Counted from the first letter of the stretch, positions 18,540-28,546 are shown. The stretch is DNA of 64,000 nucleotides from an uncultured virus (IMG/VR IMGVR_UViG_3300030061_003823) (IMGVR_UViG_3300030061_003823), one strand, 5' to 3'. Notes: generated by a model not told the origin, from the sequence alone. Translations and numbers: made by a program.

Positions 18540-18634
18540 CGTTTAGTTTTATGTCTATCTTTTCTTGAACGTTTTTTACGTTTATGAGTAGCGATTTTTA
18601 TTTTCTTTTTCTTTTTAGCCCCTGACATTATCTT

Positions 18635-18835
18635 TTATTGTTGTTTATTTGGTATAGTCGGCACAATGGTTTCTAGGATCTGATAAGATTCTTCTCTTTC
18701 TTCTCTGGTAACACCAAAAAGAAGAGACATCTTATTAATCTCTTCCTTGGACATTCTTCTTATCCTATGGGGACCATAGTGCCTATCCATTCTTTCTAAC
18801 ATGATACTCATTCTTTCCTGAAGTGTATGTTCCAT
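18635..18835 (-). CDS. hypothetical protein
   Basis: 66 aa ORF within a minus-strand gene run. Confidence 0.6.
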   Translation of the reverse strand: MEHTLQERMSIMLERMDRHYGPHRIRRMSKEEINKMSLLFGVTREEREESYQILETIVPTIPNKQQ

Positions 18836-18861
18836 ATACTATAATTATTTTGGATTCTTCT

Positions 18862-19143
18862 TTAATCCGTCTTGGTAACTTTTTTCTTTTTGTTTCTATA
18901 ATACTTTCTTTTACCGGTATTCTTTCTTGGTTTTCTTTTCTTCTTTGGTTTGTCTGTGTGTGTTACCTCATCAGCTATTTTATTGTAAGTAGCTCGAGTC
19001 TTCTTAGAAGAAACCTTCTCCATTCTTTCATCTACAGGTTTCAAATCTGTGTTACACTTTCTTTTCTGCCACTTCCATGGTGGTGCTGAAGTGAGCCCTA
19101 TTCCGATGATTATTCCTATTACTATTCCTACTATTAATTCCAT
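18862..19143 (-). CDS. membrane-anchored basic protein
   Basis: N-terminal TM, Lys/Arg-rich tail. Confidence 0.7.
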   Translation of the reverse strand: MELIVGIVIGIIIGIGLTSAPPWKWQKRKCNTDLKPVDERMEKVSSKKTRATYNKIADEVTHTDKPKKKRKPRKNTGKRKYYRNKKKKVTKTD

Positions 19144-19476
19144 TTTTTTATAATTTTTTATTTTTTTCTATTATATACTGAGTAATTGAGTATGTTGCGA
19201 CGACTAAACATCCAACAGCCCAACCTATTCCCATTATTATTTCTATTACGTGAGTTATTCCCATACACCTAAAATCATTGTTAAGACTACGAGGATTATA
19301 CCCACATATCCTATAAAGACAAATGTTGCACTATCTTTGTATTGTCTTTTGTTCTTCATTATTTACTGTTCCTATCTATGTGGTTTTCTATTTGACTAGA
19401 GATATACATACCTATTGCCACACCTAAACCACCTACCACTATAAGTAGTGGGACCATTATTATTATTTCTTTCATT

Positions 19477-19956
19477 TTATATCCATTTATTATTTTTGAA
19501 GTACATCCACATACCTCCAATAGTTATTATCGTCAATCCCATGAACACCCAAAATCCATTATCATCTGTGATTAAAGGAACATCATCAAAATTCATTCCC
19601 CATAATCCAGTATAGAATGAAAGAGGTAGAAATATCGTAGACCAAATGGTTAAGAGATTTAATCTCTTATTCATAAGTTCGTTATGACGTCTATCTAACA
19701 TATTCTCTAATATCCCATGAAGTTCTAAGAGGTCACTATAATCCTCCACAACATGACCACTCAGTGTAATATCTAGTAATGCTTTTTTTAATACATAAAA
19801 TTCTGTTATGTCTATATCCTTACCCGCAAAGATATCCTCCTCAAATTGTTTTAATTGTTGTTCTAAGCTTTTCATATTTTCTTTATATTCATACCATGAT
19901 GGGTTTGGGAGTTCTGAGTAATGATCCCATAGTTCTTTTTTTATTATTTCTTCCAT
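19477..19956 (-). CDS. short CorA-family Mg2+ transporter-like protein
   Basis: MNKRLNLLTIWSTIFLPLSFYTGLWGMNF signature followed by a second TM; start probably at MEEIIKK. Confidence 0.85.
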   Translation of the reverse strand: MEEIIKKELWDHYSELPNPSWYEYKENMKSLEQQLKQFEEDIFAGKDIDITEFYVLKKALLDITLSGHVVEDYSDLLELHGILENMLDRRHNELMNKRLNLLTIWSTIFLPLSFYTGLWGMNFDDVPLITDDNGFWVFMGLTIITIGGMWMYFKNNKWI

Positions 19957-20180
19957 ATGTCTAATGTCCACAAGAGTGACTCTATAAAATATAAAACACC
20001 GACTAACATCATACCGTAATGGGTCCATTCACCACTATGTCCATATGTAAAATCCTGATAGATAGATGGAACCGCTGACAACATGATTGAAACGCTGAAT
20101 AATAATTTAATCCACTTATTATTTAATAACTCTTTAGTCCTCATACCAAACTCCATATACCGGTATAGTAGTACCTTCAA
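19944..20180 (-). CDS. small 2-TM membrane protein
   Basis: Two hydrophobic helices; start codon uncertain. Confidence 0.6.
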   Translation of the reverse strand: MKVLLYRYMEFGMRTKELLNNKWIKLLFSVSIMLSAVPSIYQDFTYGHSGEWTHYGMMLVGVLYFIESLLWTLDIWKK

Positions 20181-20337
20181 TTATATTACCGTTGGTGTCT
20201 CTAACAGGAACATTACACATTAACTTTTTTTCTTTAACTACTGGTGAATCGTCCTTTGTTGGAACAAAGTACTTTGGATTCTTTGACCCTAATTTTCTCT
20301 TTTTTACTCCCATTTTATTTATTATTTATTTAATTAA

Positions 20338-21036
20338 TTACTTTTCTTCTTTTACATCACACAGATGTTGACACACTCTACACTCCGCAAGACCAGGATG
20401 ACTTGGTATTTGTATTCCTTCGTGGTTTCCACATTCTTTACATTGGTTTATTCTTACAATTGTTCCGCCATCCCATTTTGTTTCTTCCATATCCTCAAAT
20501 AGTGTTTTATATATTGTTGTTGCACTGTTCTTATTAACTTCAAACTCATGATAGGATAGTTCATTATCTTCTAATAATGATCTTAACATACCATCAATCT
20601 CTCTAGACTCTTTTAGATCTTGGAATCTTCCAATCTCATCATAATCTTCTTCTCGTCTTCTTAATAGTATGTTGATGTTTTCGTATTGTTGAAACAAATC
20701 TAATAAAAAGGTATCAAAGGTATCTCCGTATAAACCTTGTGGGTACTCAGCTCCGTATTTGTCTTTATAAACCATCCCAAACAAAATGGGACTATCTACT
20801 ATAATGTATTCTACTTTCCCATATAGTCGAGAGATATTACGATGTTGATTAGCGGTTATATAAAGTTGGTCTTTAATTGCAGAATGATTCTCGTCCCAAG
20901 CCAATATCTTTGGAAACTCATAGGTTAGTTCCACGCTCATACTATTCTTTTTCATTAATGAATAAAGTCCTGCGGCTTGGGTTGATTTTCCTATTCCAGG
21001 TCCTCCGAAAAAATTAATAATTTTAGTTTTTTTCAT
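20338..21036 (-). CDS. P-loop kinase/ATPase (NadR/AAA_28-like) with C-terminal Zn-finger-like CxxC motifs
   Basis: GGPGIGKST Walker A; YIIVDSP; CKEC...CRVC. Confidence 0.75.
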   Translation of the reverse strand: MKKTKIINFFGGPGIGKSTQAAGLYSLMKKNSMSVELTYEFPKILAWDENHSAIKDQLYITANQHRNISRLYGKVEYIIVDSPILFGMVYKDKYGAEYPQGLYGDTFDTFLLDLFQQYENINILLRRREEDYDEIGRFQDLKESREIDGMLRSLLEDNELSYHEFEVNKNSATTIYKTLFEDMEETKWDGGTIVRINQCKECGNHEGIQIPSHPGLAECRVCQHLCDVKEEK

Positions 21037-21223
21037 AATTCATATTGTTGGGGTTTTTCCCAAGTTTGTCTAACCTTTTCGTATAACATTCATGACATAA
21101 ACAATCTAGACTCATTAAAGGATTACATTCCTTTCTATCTTTCTTACCGAGTGGAGAACCAAGATATCCTACTTCAAATATAGACATCTCCACTTTACAT
21201 TTATCACATGTATAATCTTTCAT
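21023..21223 (-). CDS. small Zn-finger-like protein
   Basis: CDKC...CLCHEC; TATATTTG 4 nt upstream of the ATG. Confidence 0.7.
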   Translation of the reverse strand: MKDYTCDKCKVEMSIFEVGYLGSPLGKKDRKECNPLMSLDCLCHECYTKRLDKLGKNPNNMNYEKN

Positions 21224-21259
21224 ACTACAAATATAATACTTTATTGTTTAACTACCAAA

Positions 21260-21745
21260 TTAAAATGTCCCTGTTTTCAATTGAGTCTCTACAATGATGT
21301 TTTCTGGGTCTTGTTCTCCTCCTTCGATAACTATACTAAACGTGTCATCTTGTCTAACCTTATCTATAATATCTAATCCTTCTACGACCTTACCAAAACA
21401 TGTATGATTACCGTCTAAATGTTTAGTAGTGTGTCTACTATGCACTAAAAAGAATTGTGACCCTCCTGTATTTCTACCTGCATGTGCCATTGATAGTACT
21501 CCTTTGTCGTGATGTTGGTTCTCGCCACTAATCTCACAAAGAATACTATATCCTGGTCCACCCACTCCAGTTCCCTGTGGACAACCTCCTTGTGCCACGA
21601 ATCCTGGTATAACTCTATGAAATTTAAGTCCTTCATAGAATCCCATCTTTGCTAATTTAACAAAGTTATTTACTGTATTCGGTGCGTCTTTTTCATAGAA
21701 CTCTACCACCATAGTTCCTTGTTCGGTTACGATTTTTCCTTTCAT
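21260..21745 (-). CDS. cyclophilin-type peptidyl-prolyl cis-trans isomerase
   Basis: FHRVIPGFVAQGG, LSMAHAGRNTGGSQFF and LDGNHTCFGKV motifs. Confidence 0.95.
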   Translation of the reverse strand: MKGKIVTEQGTMVVEFYEKDAPNTVNNFVKLAKMGFYEGLKFHRVIPGFVAQGGCPQGTGVGGPGYSILCEISGENQHHDKGVLSMAHAGRNTGGSQFFLVHSRHTTKHLDGNHTCFGKVVEGLDIIDKVRQDDTFSIVIEGGEQDPENIIVETQLKTGTF

Positions 21746-22404
21746 TTTTTTGTTTTTTTACTTTTTATTACTTCATCTATTATTCCGTAGTCTAAAGATT
21801 CTTCAGCACTTAACCATAAGTCTCTTGCCGCATCTTTCTCTACTCTTTTCGCTGTTTTCTTACAATACCTACCAAGGAGTTCAAACAATAACTTATTTGT
21901 CTTTTCCCATTCGTCCATTGTAATCCTTGCGTCTTGTATATTACCAACTGCCCCTCCACTGGATTGGTGTAACATTGTTCTACTGAATCTTAAAGAGGAT
22001 CTTTTACCTTTAGTACCTGCAGCCAATAAAACTGACCCCATCGAGGCAGCCATTCCTGTATTTACAGTTGCTACATCACATTTAATATACTCCATAACAT
22101 CCACAATACCTAAACCTGCCTTTACTGACCCACCTGGTGAATCTATATGTAAAGTAATGTCTTTCTTATCTGCGGTGTCTAGAAACATTAGTTGAGCCTG
22201 TACGATTACCCCTGTTACTTCAGTAATTGGTCCAGGTATCCAGATAATCCTATCCATCATTAGTCTTGAGAATATGTCCATCTGTGTGACTCTTAATTGT
22301 CTCTCTTCTAGTATGTAAGGGGTTGCACTATTTTGGTAATCATTTAGAACTGATGAGGATATCCCCGCGTGTCCTATTGCATATTTGTTAAATTCGTTGT
22401 TCAT
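21742..22404 (-). CDS. clpP: ATP-dependent Clp protease proteolytic subunit
   Basis: DIFSRLMMDRII, IDSPGGSV, GMAASMGS, MLHQ and RDLWLSAEESLDYGIID motifs. Confidence 0.95.
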   Translation of the reverse strand: MNNEFNKYAIGHAGISSSVLNDYQNSATPYILEERQLRVTQMDIFSRLMMDRIIWIPGPITEVTGVIVQAQLMFLDTADKKDITLHIDSPGGSVKAGLGIVDVMEYIKCDVATVNTGMAASMGSVLLAAGTKGKRSSLRFSRTMLHQSSGGAVGNIQDARITMDEWEKTNKLLFELLGRYCKKTAKRVEKDAARDLWLSAEESLDYGIIDEVIKSKKTKK

Positions 22405-22460
22405 TTGTTTTATTTTATCGTTTGTTTACACAATAACTCCTTCTGAGAATTATTGATATT

Positions 22461-22844
22461 TTACTCTCCTCTATTTATATAGCTGTTCCACCAGGTTCCT
22501 ATCATTACTAAACCTATTATACCTATAAAACCATAAACTATAAACCATGGTGTTGCTGAGGTTTCAAACCCCAACATAAGTGGCCAACCCATCATTAATA
22601 ACCAACCTAAGAAAAATAGAAAGGGATTGTTCATTACTTTCTTTTCAACCCTAACAGTTCTTTCTTTATTTATAAGTCTACTTAAAGCATCCTGCATATC
22701 CTTACCATAACATGGTCGTGTATGAGTTGTTCCATCTTTTTCCCCAATAGTTATCATGTATTTATAGTAACCTGGATAGGTATCTGATTTCTTAATCAAC
22801 TTACTCTCTAACGCTCTACGTCTATTATGATTACTTTTATTCAT
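22461..22844 (-). CDS. membrane protein
   Basis: Two C-terminal TM segments. Confidence 0.75.
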   Translation of the reverse strand: MNKSNHNRRRALESKLIKKSDTYPGYYKYMITIGEKDGTTHTRPCYGKDMQDALSRLINKERTVRVEKKVMNNPFLFFLGWLLMMGWPLMLGFETSATPWFIVYGFIGIIGLVMIGTWWNSYINRGE

Positions 22845-23034
22845 CTTTATTAACTTCTTTTCTTTTGTTGTTAATTACTTTTGTACAAGCATAGGACCAT
22901 TTATCTCTAGTGTCTAGGTGTTTATGTTTATCTTGGTTTGTCATCTTTTTTAATTGTTCTTCGAACTCTTTTGTAAGTCCTTCACGTTCTATTGAATCAT
23001 GTATCTCATACCACAAATCTTCCCAATGTCCCAT
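22837..23034 (-). CDS. hypothetical protein
   Basis: 65 aa ORF overlapping the next gene. Confidence 0.7.
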   Translation of the reverse strand: MGHWEDLWYEIHDSIEREGLTKEFEEQLKKMTNQDKHKHLDTRDKWSYACTKVINNKRKEVNKDE

Positions 23035-23232
23035 CTTATCTATTATTTTTATTTAGTTTAATACTTTTTTTTCCAGATAACATTAATTAACATAGGTACA
23101 CCAATTAATATTACTAATGGTGATAACAAAACTACTAAAATTATAGTAAATAAAAAAGCAATAAGAAGAAAATCTATTATTAAAAATATTGCCGTAAACC
23201 ATGCCCAGATATTCGTTATTATTTTTTTCATC

Positions 23233-23814
23233 TTAAATAAATTTATTTTGTCTCACCCATTTTACTCCTATATATTTTATACCTTTTTTAATTGGTAACC
23301 CCGCGTGCATAGATTTGGTGTTAGGTTTACCATCAATATAGTTTTTCCATATTACACATCGACCTGTCTTAGGTTTTACTTCTATATTAGGTGTTACAAA
23401 TAATGTACCACCTTCTTCAAAATCGTCATTAAGATAAAACATTACAGTAAACGCTCTATCTCCTCCTCTAGCCATTTCTGCCTTGCCTTCCTCTGTTTGG
23501 TTATCAACCATATAATCACGATGTTTTTTATATTCTTCTCCTTCTCGATACTTTACAATACACATATCTTCTTGATTTTCAGTCGGTAACTCAGTTAGTA
23601 CTTGGGTAATTAAGTTCGTGGCTTGGATTACTTTGTTATCTATTTCTTTAGAAATGTAGGTATTTGAACTGGTTCTATAACCCTTTATTACTGTCCCTAC
23701 AGTAGTAGAGTCTTCTAAGGTTGGTTCTGCAATTTCTATTAATTCTTTACATTCTTCAGATGTGAGAACATTGTCCATTACATATAACCAATCACTTTTT
23801 ATTACTAACTCCAT
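23233..23814 (-). CDS. 2OG-Fe(II) oxygenase, prolyl 4-hydroxylase-like
   Basis: HRD...YLND...GGTLF...HAGLPI...K motifs. Confidence 0.9.
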   Translation of the reverse strand: MELVIKSDWLYVMDNVLTSEECKELIEIAEPTLEDSTTVGTVIKGYRTSSNTYISKEIDNKVIQATNLITQVLTELPTENQEDMCIVKYREGEEYKKHRDYMVDNQTEEGKAEMARGGDRAFTVMFYLNDDFEEGGTLFVTPNIEVKPKTGRCVIWKNYIDGKPNTKSMHAGLPIKKGIKYIGVKWVRQNKFI

Positions 23815-24125
23815 TATTTATATTCTATTAAACCGTTTTTCCACTTTGTCCAAGTATCAAAATCTCTTAACCCTTCTAACCAGGATTTCTTTATTTTTAT
23901 GTATTCCTCCTGTGGTACCTCTTTTGTTGGGTCTTTCACTAAGAAATCTTCTTTATTAAACATCTCTTCTCCATAAGGATTTTTGGCAGAATATTTAGAC
24001 TTTAATGTTGCTGGGTCAGTTTGTTCAGGATATATTTTCCCTTCTTCCTCCACATCTCCTAGAAATTTTCTGGCTTCATTCTCGTGCCATATTTCCTCTT
24101 TTGTTTTTTTATTTATGTCTTCCAT
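23814..24125 (-). CDS. hypothetical protein
   Basis: 103 aa, coupled to neighbours. Confidence 0.7.
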   Translation of the reverse strand: MEDINKKTKEEIWHENEARKFLGDVEEEGKIYPEQTDPATLKSKYSAKNPYGEEMFNKEDFLVKDPTKEVPQEEYIKIKKSWLEGLRDFDTWTKWKNGLIEYK

Positions 24126-24396
24126 TTTCTTTTATTTTTTCTTCTAATTCTTTTATTGTCTTTGGATCACTTATATATACTAATTTTCCACCAATATTAA
24201 AGTTTGGTATCTTTTTTTCGTGCAACATTCTTCTAATTAATACATCAGAGAAGTTTTGATGGAAGTCCATATTGTTCATCCTTTCCATTCTCATATTTTT
24301 TTCCTGATAACTAATGTTAGGAAATCCTTCATCAATTAGATGGTCTCTTCTTAAAATACCTACCCTAGCATAATAATCTACTTTACCTATAACCAT
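24109..24396 (-). CDS. hypothetical protein
   Basis: 95 aa, coupled to neighbours. Confidence 0.65.
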   Translation of the reverse strand: MVIGKVDYYARVGILRRDHLIDEGFPNISYQEKNMRMERMNNMDFHQNFSDVLIRRMLHEKKIPNFNIGGKLVYISDPKTIKELEEKIKENGRHK

Positions 24397-24989
24397 TCTT
24401 TAATCCATTTTGTTTGTATCTTCTTTATAAGTGACTGGTAATAGATTACTACATCACAGGATAATCTTTCTATCCAATCATTTCTTGTCATAAATGTCTG
24501 GAATGTTATTTCATCCATATTTTTAACTTGGAGTTGTCCCTTACCTAAGTTACCTATTGTTAGACATTCCCAGTTAAGTTGTTCGATTGCCTTAACTTTT
24601 GTATCAAGGATTTGTATTGATCTCCCATTAGTAACATACTTCACAAAAACATATAGTAGTAAATTTCTATCGTTTTCATAGAATTTTTTTATTCTAGATA
24701 TTGAAATAAGGTTAGGCATTGACAAGTCTGAATCAGAGTCGTGAGTTTTTATATCGATTTTAATATCATCGTATTCTGTTGTAACGAGACCAACATCTTC
24801 TATTGATCTCTTACTTTTAGCTTCGTATGACTCTTTAATTGATTGGTGTTTAAGGTTTAGGATTATATCACTAACTATAACTTCTATGATATCGGCAATT
24901 CCTCGTTGCATTAAACCGCTTTCAAAAGGAATTTCCTTTGGAAGATTATTATCTAAAGCCTCTTGTATTTGTTTTATTATATTTTCCAT
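24387..24989 (-). CDS. type II restriction endonuclease-like PD-(D/E)xK protein
   Basis: SIEDVGL...IDIKT...MPNLISI pattern reminiscent of HincII-like enzymes; TATCTTTG promoter 4 nt upstream. Confidence 0.6.
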   Translation of the reverse strand: MENIIKQIQEALDNNLPKEIPFESGLMQRGIADIIEVIVSDIILNLKHQSIKESYEAKSKRSIEDVGLVTTEYDDIKIDIKTHDSDSDLSMPNLISISRIKKFYENDRNLLLYVFVKYVTNGRSIQILDTKVKAIEQLNWECLTIGNLGKGQLQVKNMDEITFQTFMTRNDWIERLSCDVVIYYQSLIKKIQTKWIKEWL

Positions 24990-25017
24990 ACTACAAAGAT
25001 AATAAAAATATTTTAAT

Positions 25018-25263
25018 CTAACAAATTATTTCGGGTGGACTTCCTGGACTTGGTGGTATTTTAGTTGGGACGCAGGGAGAAGGGAAGATACTAGGTGAAT
25101 CTGGCATTGGAATATCTCTACTTGGAATAATTCTTGAGGGACTATCCTCCATTTTAACTTCATTTAATTTTTCTTGGATAAGATTCCATGTTCCTTCATA
25201 AGGGTGTCCCGATAAACCAACATCAACCCCCTTTAACCATAAAACAAATTCTTTAGGTGTCAT
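25018..25263 (-). CDS. hypothetical Pro-rich protein
   Basis: MTPKEFVLWLKG N-terminus; 81 aa. Confidence 0.7.
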   Translation of the reverse strand: MTPKEFVLWLKGVDVGLSGHPYEGTWNLIQEKLNEVKMEDSPSRIIPSRDIPMPDSPSIFPSPCVPTKIPPSPGSPPEIIC

Positions 25264-25502
25264 TATCCTTCTACCACTACATTATCCTTAGCTTCTTGAA
25301 CGCTATTATAAACTAAATCTTCCTCAACTGACCCCTCTATAAGTTTTAGATCATAGTTGATTTCTGTTTTCATTTGTGGTTCTGTTGTAGGATAAATCGT
25401 AAATACGTTTGCATAAATTCCTCTAATCTCTGTTTTTTGTAATTTATTCTCATTAAAAACGTAAACCTCGTCACCTATTTTATATTTTGTGTTAATCTTC
25501 AT
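25263..25502 (-). CDS. hypothetical protein (SH3/KOW-like start KYKIGDEVY)
   Basis: 79 aa. Confidence 0.7.
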   Translation of the reverse strand: MKINTKYKIGDEVYVFNENKLQKTEIRGIYANVFTIYPTTEPQMKTEINYDLKLIEGSVEEDLVYNSVQEAKDNVVVEG

Positions 25503-25962
25503 CTTTTAATTCTTTAACTTCTTTTATTATCTCTGGATTCTGTCTCAAAGTTTGAACTGTTATTAAGTTCTTTATCCTTGTTGTAGACCAGTTATGTGCT
25601 CTAGTAGTATAAACTACCTTAGGGGGTAAATGGTCACCCGTAAAAGGTTTACCAATATAATCATCTCCTAAGATTCTAATGTCAGGTTGGTAGAAGTTGA
25701 TTAATCCCTCTAGTTCTTCTTCTGTTTGGTAAGTCTGAACCTCATCGACATATTTTATCGCCATTAAAGTTTTATATCTTTCATATAAAGGTATTACCGG
25801 TTTATATTTAGTATTACGAGTTGATGATGGATCTCTTTGTAAAAAAACAATAAAGTAATCACAATGTTCTTTAGCCTTTTCAAATGTATAAATGTAACCT
25901 GGATGTAAAAGATCAAAGTTCCCTGCTGTAAATCCTACTACTTTTCTATTTGATTCTATCAT
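25492..25962 (-). CDS. cytidylyltransferase family protein (TagD-like)
   Basis: FTAGNFDLLHPGY, ER...LMAIKYVDEV, GDDY and STTRIK motifs. Confidence 0.9.
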   Translation of the reverse strand: MIESNRKVVGFTAGNFDLLHPGYIYTFEKAKEHCDYFIVFLQRDPSSTRNTKYKPVIPLYERYKTLMAIKYVDEVQTYQTEEELEGLINFYQPDIRILGDDYIGKPFTGDHLPPKVVYTTRAHNWSTTRIKNLITVQTLRQNPEIIKEVKELKDED

Positions 25963-25971
25963 AGTTCTGTT

Positions 25972-26151
25972 CTATCCCTTAAAACCACAAGATTTATGGG
26001 CTCCGTCGCACATTGGTTGTTTCTTAGTTTCACCACACCTACACAATGCGTAACTTTCTCCTACTTTTATTTTTTCTCCATCTTTTGTTACGATGGTTTC
26101 TCCTTTAACCAAAATTGGTCCATTTTCCATAATTCTAATTTCTACTGACAT
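25972..26151 (-). CDS. CDGSH iron-sulfur domain protein (59 aa, not in ORF track)
   Basis: Manual translation: ...NGPILVKG...ALCRCGETKKQPMCDGAHKSCGFKG. Confidence 0.9.
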   Translation of the reverse strand: MSVEIRIMENGPILVKGETIVTKDGEKIKVGESYALCRCGETKKQPMCDGAHKSCGFKG

Positions 26152-26153
26152 AT

Positions 26154-26435
26154 CTATTGTTTTTCTAATTTGTTATTAAGTTCTTCAATAAACTTACATA
26201 ATGTAAAGTATGGGTTTGAAGGTTTCCCATTGTAAGATACATCTAGAGCATACATCTTATCTTTATTGTTTTGTTGGTCTTCATCTATCTTTTCCATTTC
26301 TTTAACTAAATGACTCACATCTTCTAATCCAGATACATTTATCTTTCTTGTAATTACTTCTGGCACTTCTTGTCTTAACTCTTCAGTTGCTTCTTCAACT
26401 GTTTTGTTTTCTTGATAATCGCTTTGTTCTTTCAT
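26154..26435 (-). CDS. hypothetical protein
   Basis: 93 aa. Confidence 0.65.
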   Translation of the reverse strand: MKEQSDYQENKTVEEATEELRQEVPEVITRKINVSGLEDVSHLVKEMEKIDEDQQNNKDKMYALDVSYNGKPSNPYFTLCKFIEELNNKLEKQ

Positions 26436-26448
26436 TTTCTTTACTTTT

Positions 26449-27450
26449 TTAATCTGGGATACCTCCCTTATTTATTGTATCCAAAGTGTAACTGTACTCT
26501 AGACTTTTATTTATCCATTCATCTATCTTGAACTCTGATGGTTTTGTAACAGTTGGTACCCATGTGCCCCCTACATTAATATCAAAGTTTTCTCCATGTG
26601 TATCTTGTAATAAAACTTCATGTTCTCTTACTTCAGTAGATTTCTTTTCTAATTTTAATAACTTTTTCAAATTAATCAAACTTTTTTCACTAAAATATGT
26701 AATATTTGGTTTTTCTTCTGTGAATAGGTGGTTCTTAACTTCATTCATGATACCAAATGGAATATCTACCTGGATTGAATCTATTCTATTGTCTTTATCA
26801 TCCCACCAAGACATTTCTTCTTTCTCTCCTTTCCATATCGTCCAATGGACCGCCCATTTTTTATTGTTTGCCCTATCCATAATATATAATAATATACCTT
26901 CTTTAGAATACTCATAAAATTGTTTAGGTGTTTCTCGACTAGAGGTACACCACTTAGTTGATGCACCATATATCTTAGCGGTGTAATAACTTAAGGGTTT
27001 AACAATATACCATCTATCGTCTTTATATATTTCCTTATATTCATGAATATTATCTTCATGATTTTGTTCCTCATAATTAACAATGGCGCTCTCTATATCA
27101 GTAAAAGAGTTATATTTTTGTATGTCTTTTTCTTTTATTTTACCTCTCTCTAAAAGATCATTAAAAACTTGTAAGTTAACAATATTAGCACTGTTGAATA
27201 TCTCAAATATATAATCAACGATTCTATCATCTAATTCATTTCTACATTTTTTTCTTATAGAATCTAAATAATTATCACCATGTAATAAAGGAGAATAATT
27301 AACATATCCCTTCTCTTTATGTTTACTTCTAAACTCTTTTACTAGAAATTGCATGTACTTACCTGTCTTAGTTGGGTCTAACATTCTTAGTAAGTCATAA
27401 ATTTTAACATTTAGGTCTTCTGTTGTTTTTTTCAGTTGTTTCTTATTCAT
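26449..27450 (-). CDS. hypothetical protein (KIYGASTKWCTS motif)
   Basis: 333 aa; host-type promoter TATATTTG at 27502-27509. Confidence 0.8.
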   Translation of the reverse strand: MNKKQLKKTTEDLNVKIYDLLRMLDPTKTGKYMQFLVKEFRSKHKEKGYVNYSPLLHGDNYLDSIRKKCRNELDDRIVDYIFEIFNSANIVNLQVFNDLLERGKIKEKDIQKYNSFTDIESAIVNYEEQNHEDNIHEYKEIYKDDRWYIVKPLSYYTAKIYGASTKWCTSSRETPKQFYEYSKEGILLYIMDRANNKKWAVHWTIWKGEKEEMSWWDDKDNRIDSIQVDIPFGIMNEVKNHLFTEEKPNITYFSEKSLINLKKLLKLEKKSTEVREHEVLLQDTHGENFDINVGGTWVPTVTKPSEFKIDEWINKSLEYSYTLDTINKGGIPD

Positions 27451-27460
27451 AGGTTACATT

Positions 27461-27583
27461 TTATCCACAGAAAATATTCTTCTGGTTCGTTATTTTAGTC
27501 ACAAATATAACAAATCAATCATGTTTGTAAACATCGGAACAAAGATTTTAGTGTTAAAAAGAGGGGTAATTTTATTATCCACA
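27461..27583. promoter_or_regulatory. two perfect DnaA boxes (TTATCCACA)
   Basis: 27461-27469 and 27575-27583, in a divergent intergenic region. Confidence 0.55.
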
Positions 27584-27755
27584 TAAAAAGATCGTTGTTT
27601 TTTACCTTTTAGAAGAGGATTATCACATTTAGGGTTGAATTGTTACACAAAAGATGTAATTATTAATAACTCGTGAGTGAGATCCCCCATGTGTTTGGGA
27701 GGAATAATGACCATACTCAACCGGAAGAGTATGGAAAAAATCTGTTAAAAATAAT

Positions 27756-28010
27756 ATGACAGATATTAAAACAATTTTAATTATGAACGCTATTTTTTCA
27801 AAAGTAGGAGACTTCTTAAGCGGATTATCAACAATGCTTTTATCATTGGTAACTCTTAGCATACTTGCTGAGGTGTTATTCGGTGTGGGAGTATTTGGTG
27901 CTAATGTGGTTACGAATGTAATGGAATTAATAACAATGTTAGGTGATGGAGGATTTGTAGGCTTAATTGCCCTTCTTATTTTCTGGAGCTTATTTAATAA
28001 AGATAAGTAA
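27756..28010 (+). CDS. small membrane protein
   Basis: Two hydrophobic helices; start may be 27783. Confidence 0.75.
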   Translation: MTDIKTILIMNAIFSKVGDFLSGLSTMLLSLVTLSILAEVLFGVGVFGANVVTNVMELITMLGDGGFVGLIALLIFWSLFNKDK

Positions 28011-28012
28011 TC

Positions 28013-28420
28013 ATGAAAAAACTATTAATGACATTGGCACTATCGATATTCACAATTATCGGTTTCGCACAAGAAAAGGGATCATGGTACATTGGTACTG
28101 GTGACATTGCAAATGTTGCTTGGACTGAGTGGTCAGTATCCCCAACTGTTGGTTATGGTATTATGGACAACCTTATGGTAGGTATGTCTGTATCACAAGC
28201 TGATTCAACTGTTGATATGGAGATGGACTTTCATGCAAGATATTACATGAAAGGATATTTTGCATACGTATCAACGGATGGTATAGGAACTGAAGGTTTG
28301 AAGGTAGGTGCTGGAAAAATGTTTACATTTAGAAACAACGTATATATAGACCCTAAAGTGGTTTATGATACTGAGATGAAGACTACTAACCTTTCACTAG
28401 GTTTTGGTTTCAAATTCTAA
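28013..28420 (+). CDS. outer-membrane beta-barrel protein
   Basis: Sec signal peptide (FA-Q), alternating beta-strand pattern, C-terminal LSLGFGFKF signature. Confidence 0.8.
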   Translation: MKKLLMTLALSIFTIIGFAQEKGSWYIGTGDIANVAWTEWSVSPTVGYGIMDNLMVGMSVSQADSTVDMEMDFHARYYMKGYFAYVSTDGIGTEGLKVGAGKMFTFRNNVYIDPKVVYDTEMKTTNLSLGFGFKF

Positions 28421-28479
28421 AAGTTTTGACATTCTACAGTTATTTTCTACAGTAGAGAAAAATGTTATACATTTATATT

Positions 28480-28510
28480 AAGGGGGGTTTCGACTCCCCT
28501 TTATTTTTTG
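28480..28510 (+). terminator. intrinsic terminator
   Basis: AAGGGGG...TCCCCTT hairpin followed by a T tract. Confidence 0.75.
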
Positions 28511-28546
28511 ATTAAAATTTACGATATTTATAGAAAAGAACTTATT

